From the IMG/VR virus record IMGVR_UViG_3300042465_005479: DNA of 64,000 nucleotides, one strand, 5' to 3'. The DNA comes from an uncultured virus (IMG/VR IMGVR_UViG_3300042465_005479) (lineage: Duplodnaviria; Heunggongvirae; Uroviricota; Caudoviricetes). The translations under genes and the position numbers were made by a program. Shown piece by piece: positions 60,640 through 64,000 of the stretch. The number at the start of each line of letters is the position of its first letter. Positions within the stretch are counted from its first letter, which is position 1. The notes beneath the pieces were generated by a model, which worked only from the letters and a program-made list of their open reading frames with translations, made no database searches and was not told where the DNA came from.

Positions 60640-63282
60640 TTATATTCCACCATCAATAATTGTCCAACCATACGTTCCGGTTAGAATTGCTCTACCGGCT
60701 GAACTACCGGCAGTATATTTAATTGTTCCAAAATTAATGTTAATTCCAGAGGTTAATGTTGGTAAAGAACTCCATCCATTATAAATTGCGTCAAGATTTG
60801 TTGTTGAGTAATCACTAAATGTTTTACCATTCATAAATCCATTAAAGTTTGTTACGCCGGTAACGTTCCAAGAACCAATATTTTGATTAAATCCTACTGA
60901 ACCAAACATATTTGACATATTAGTCACATTACTAACGTTCCAAGAACCAATAGGTTGATTGAATTGTGTTGCTCCGTTAAACATCTGTTGCATATTTGTT
61001 ACATTACCAACGTTCCAACCACTAATATTTTGATTAAAAATACTACACGTAGCAAACATTAATCTCATTGTTGTAACATTAGAAGTGTCCCAACTAGTTA
61101 TATTACCATCAAATGCGTAATCAAACCAAAACATATAATCCATATTAGTTACTGAACTTACATCCCAAGAATTAAGGTTTTGGTTGAATATTGTGTTAAA
61201 AAAGAACATACCTTCCATAGTTGTAACATTTGATACATCCCAAGAATTAATATATTGATTAAATGGGGATAAACTAAACATATAATTCATATCTGTAACA
61301 TTACTTACATTCCATCCCGATAATGGTTGGTTAAATGATGTTGATTGATAAAACATATAATCCATTTTAGTAACACTACTAACATCCCAAGAATTAATTG
61401 GTTGGTTAAATGGTGTTAAAGGGAACATATCACCCATATCAGTAACATTATATGTTGTCCAACCACTAATCATTGGTGAACCACCGTTATTAAATGATGT
61501 GCAACCATTAAAAGTTCCTTTCATATTAGTAACACTACCAACATTCCAAGAACTTAAATTTTGGTTAAAAACGGTATTTTGTAAGAACATATAACTTATA
61601 GATTGAACATTTGATACATCCCAAACACCAATTGGCTGATTAAATAAATAAGTGTTATCAAACATTGCTCCCATATCAGTAACATTACTAACATCCCAAC
61701 CTGATATGTCGTCATTAAAATTATGACACTCAAAAAACATACCTTGCATATTTGTTACGTTTGATGTGTTCCAAGAATTTATAAAAGGGACTGTTGTTAA
61801 ATTAGTACAATTCTCAAACGTATAAGATAAATTATTTGTTCCCGTTAAATCTAAAACATCGGTAACATTTGATAATGATAAATTATTACAATTAGAAAAA
61901 TACGAACCACTATTACCCAAACGTAAACAACCCCACTGTAGAACTTCTCTAATTTTATTTCTACTAATAGGGTTAACACCAAACGACCACCCAATTAATG
62001 TCCCTGTTATTGTTATTATATAATCACCCGGAGTTACATATGTGTGTGTTCTATTATCGTAAATATTATTAGAGGTTTCCCCATCACCCCAATCAATTGT
62101 TCCATAATAAAACCCCGAAGTTTCATATGGTAATGTAATTGATTCGTTTATAGTTGTTGTTCTCCAAACAGAGATAAAGGATGGTGGTATAACAGGATTA
62201 CAAGTTTGATATTTAACACATACCTCACAAAAAATGTATGTTGTTCCGTGGTCCCAAAAATCGGTTACCCAAGTCACAATTTTAGATACACTAATAATTT
62301 CTAAACACTCACCAAATGAATTGACAACCGCAGTTCCCGGTAAAAAGTTAGACGGTAACATAATATATTTTATAATCTTTTTAGCACAACAAGATTGAAC
62401 TTGGAACAACACATACTTAACAGGTGTTGTTGGTGTGGGAGTGTGAGTCGGAGTTGGTGTAGGTGTATGAGTCGGAGTTACCGATGGTGTTATTGATGGT
62501 GTAGGTGTTGGTGTGGGTGTTGATGTTGGACACGGATAGATAAAATTGGCTTTCTGACAATGGTAAATACTCGGTTGAGAACCCATCGCAATAAATGAAT
62601 AGAAATTGTTTGTAGATGAACTAACAACATAAGTGGCACATCCAATGAAACCACTACTTTCAATATAATACGCTCCTGACAGAGGACTAAATGATATTGG
62701 TATGTTTGATAAGGTAAATTGGTTTGATGAATCACAACTATCCTCAAAATAACCAACTATCGGTGGTAATGTTGGAGTGGGTGTCGGAGTGGTGGTTGGT
62801 GTAGGTGTTGGTCCGGGGCAAACATCCCCAACACAAATATTAGATGAAACCTGAATTATTAATCCACTATCACCATACGGAAATTGACCACAAACATATA
62901 ATGTGGTTGCCGAGTAAATCTCACCATAGATTAATGTCCCGTCACATTGAGTATACCCAAAATTTAATGTTACCCCTAAAGGGTTATCAATTGAGATACA
63001 ATTACAAACGGAATTTGTTGGTGTGGGAGTGGGTGTTGTCGTTGGTGTTTGACTAGGAGCAGGTTCACCACAAAAATGATATTGAATTTCTTCACAACCA
63101 ATGTTATCTGTGACTATCACTAAGACTTCTTGAGAACCTGATAATTCTGTTGGTATGTTTAGAATTAACGGGACTGATGAGACAGCTGTCGCAACAACAT
63201 AACAATACGTTCTTGTTATATCACATATTGATATGTTATATGGGGAATGTCCGGATAAACTTGTGATTTCAATTACTTGCAT
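60640..63282 (-). CDS. Modular putative virion surface protein: Cys-rich modules, Pro/Thr linkers, PKD-like domain and BspA/DUF285-type repeats
   Basis: Three PT-repeat tracts; IDWGDG...HTY..PG.Y; about 12 repeats of W(D/N)VS.VT.M..MF....FNQ.I.. Confidence 0.8.
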   Translation of the reverse strand: MQVIEITSLSGHSPYNISICDITRTYCYVVATAVSSVPLILNIPTELSGSQEVLVIVTDNIGCEEIQYHFCGEPAPSQTPTTTPTPTPTNSVCNCISIDNPLGVTLNFGYTQCDGTLIYGEIYSATTLYVCGQFPYGDSGLIIQVSSNICVGDVCPGPTPTPTTTPTPTPTLPPIVGYFEDSCDSSNQFTLSNIPISFSPLSGAYYIESSGFIGCATYVVSSSTNNFYSFIAMGSQPSIYHCQKANFIYPCPTSTPTPTPTPSITPSVTPTHTPTPTPTHTPTPTTPVKYVLFQVQSCCAKKIIKYIMLPSNFLPGTAVVNSFGECLEIISVSKIVTWVTDFWDHGTTYIFCEVCVKYQTCNPVIPPSFISVWRTTTINESITLPYETSGFYYGTIDWGDGETSNNIYDNRTHTYVTPGDYIITITGTLIGWSFGVNPISRNKIREVLQWGCLRLGNSGSYFSNCNNLSLSNVTDVLDLTGTNNLSYTFENCTNLTTVPFINSWNTSNVTNMQGMFFECHNFNDDISGWDVSNVTDMGAMFDNTYLFNQPIGVWDVSNVQSISYMFLQNTVFNQNLSSWNVGSVTNMKGTFNGCTSFNNGGSPMISGWTTYNVTDMGDMFPLTPFNQPINSWDVSSVTKMDYMFYQSTSFNQPLSGWNVSNVTDMNYMFSLSPFNQYINSWDVSNVTTMEGMFFFNTIFNQNLNSWDVSSVTNMDYMFWFDYAFDGNITSWDTSNVTTMRLMFATCSIFNQNISGWNVGNVTNMQQMFNGATQFNQPIGSWNVSNVTNMSNMFGSVGFNQNIGSWNVTGVTNFNGFMNGKTFSDYSTTNLDAIYNGWSSLPTLTSGININFGTIKYTAGSSAGRAILTGTYGWTIIDGGI
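60850..61790 (-). repeat. Coding repeats of about 25 aa (DUF285/BspA-like)
   Basis: About 75-bp periodicity with the consensus WDVSNVTDM..MF. Confidence 0.85.
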
Positions 63283-63313
63283 AAACTATTCATTATTTAA
63301 TAAATAGTCCTAA

Positions 63314-63814
63314 TTAACCAATTGAAATTACTAACCCATTTTTAATTACAACAGTTAATCCATCAACGGTTTTAAATGTAGTTGTTATACCGGAAAAAAT
63401 AGGTTCTTCATTTTGGTTAATAATTAACTCTTCCGAATAAAGAGTGTCTGATGGTATATAAATTTGTTGATTATCAATATCGTCTAATGATAAAGCAACA
63501 AATGCGTCATATAAAAAATAACCTAAATCAAATTGATTGTTGTCAAATTCACTTCTTGTTGATTTAAAATTTTTATATACTTCATCATTTAACGATAAAC
63601 GTATTTCGATTGCATCCCAATTCTTACAATCGGAAATCCCATTTTGTGTTTTTATTGCGTCTAACACAATAGAATTAGAAACGTCATTCAATAGATTTTT
63701 AACTGAAATACTATCCATTGTATTAATATCCCTTCTCATTATTAAAAGACTATTTATTTCTAAAATATTTTGATATAAAACAATCGTCAAAAAATTCCAA
63801 TTTGTATATTCCAT
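63314..63814 (-). CDS. Hypothetical protein
   Basis: 166 aa; the C-terminal TTTFKTVDGLTVVIKNGLVISI resembles the end of fibre-associated proteins. Confidence 0.5.
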   Translation of the reverse strand: MEYTNWNFLTIVLYQNILEINSLLIMRRDINTMDSISVKNLLNDVSNSIVLDAIKTQNGISDCKNWDAIEIRLSLNDEVYKNFKSTRSEFDNNQFDLGYFLYDAFVALSLDDIDNQQIYIPSDTLYSEELIINQNEEPIFSGITTTFKTVDGLTVVIKNGLVISIG

Positions 63815-63815
63815 A

Positions 63816-64000
63816 TTATGTATTTTTTAATATCATTATTGTTAATGTGCCTTGGTTTATTGCTCCAAAACCACCACTTACCGTGGCGTTTTGACCCTGA
63901 ACAGTTGCTGTATCAACCTCAACAGTATGAATTCCTGCTGATAATGTTATAATAACCGACATATTCCAATTTGCGACCCAGTTTCCTACCGTAGCATTTC
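63816..64000 (-). CDS. 3' end of a putative fibre or beta-sandwich protein, truncated by the window edge
   Basis: Frame open from the edge: ...WNMSVIITLSAGIHTVEVDTATVQGQNATVSGGFGAINQGTLTIMILKNT*. Confidence 0.6.
   Translation of the reverse strand, partial: NATVGNWVANWNMSVIITLSAGIHTVEVDTATVQGQNATVSGGFGAINQGTLTIMILKNT

Noticed and set aside
60640..63282. Diversity-generating retroelement target or template in the repeat protein
   Set aside because: There is no reverse transcriptase in the window, and the repeat differences are not adenine-specific.
263..63773. The many 60-160 aa ORFs nested in or antisense to long genes (e.g. 52817..53263, 59737..60213, 8406..8795)
   Set aside because: They lie within well-supported genes, have no recognisable motifs, and look like shadow ORFs.
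1..64000. Stop-codon reassignment, as seen in some large phages
   Set aside because: The standard code gives long, intact, abutting ORFs, and TAA, TAG (18924, 43794) and TGA (11737, 57232, 49263) all end genes at sensible positions.
1..64000. tRNA, rRNA, integrase or transposase genes
   Set aside because: Intergenic gaps are short and AT-rich with no cloverleaf visible by eye, and no recombinase or transposase motifs were found; tRNAscan-SE would confirm.

Overview
An AT-rich, gene-dense segment of a large contractile-tailed (T4-like/jumbo myovirus-type) bacteriophage genome in the standard genetic code, mostly on the minus strand. From left to right: baseplate and putative virion genes (1-14 kb); a replication block (class Ia RNR alpha/beta, DnaB-like helicase, 5'-3' exonuclease, RecA/UvsX-like, gp32-like SSB; 14-22.4 kb); the tail module (hub-like, gp53-like, tube-initiator-like, tape measure, chaperone, tube, sheath; 23-43.5 kb); neck genes, an SNF2 helicase and a family B DNA polymerase (43.8-53.6 kb); and an accessory block (53.7-64 kb). 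A-rich starts without Shine-Dalgarno sequences suggest a Bacteroidota host (inference). Main findings: (1) an LCIB/LCIC-type beta-carbonic anhydrase domain fused to a virion-like N-terminal domain; (2) a five-gene glycosyltransferase operon led by a GT60-like polypeptide GlcNAc-transferase, next to a Pro/Thr mucin-like protein, which may be a virion O-glycosylation system; (3) a probable +1 frameshift at UUU_UUU_CGA in the tail chaperone; (4) a strand-specific TATTTAT upstream motif, the reverse complement of the T4 late promoter core; (5) an OmpA-like domain inserted in a tube-initiator-like protein; (6) a gene bounded by 24-bp direct repeats encoding a shared MKVLITE leader; (7) an unannotated ribbon-helix-helix gene. 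All family assignments come from motif recognition by eye; no searches were run.
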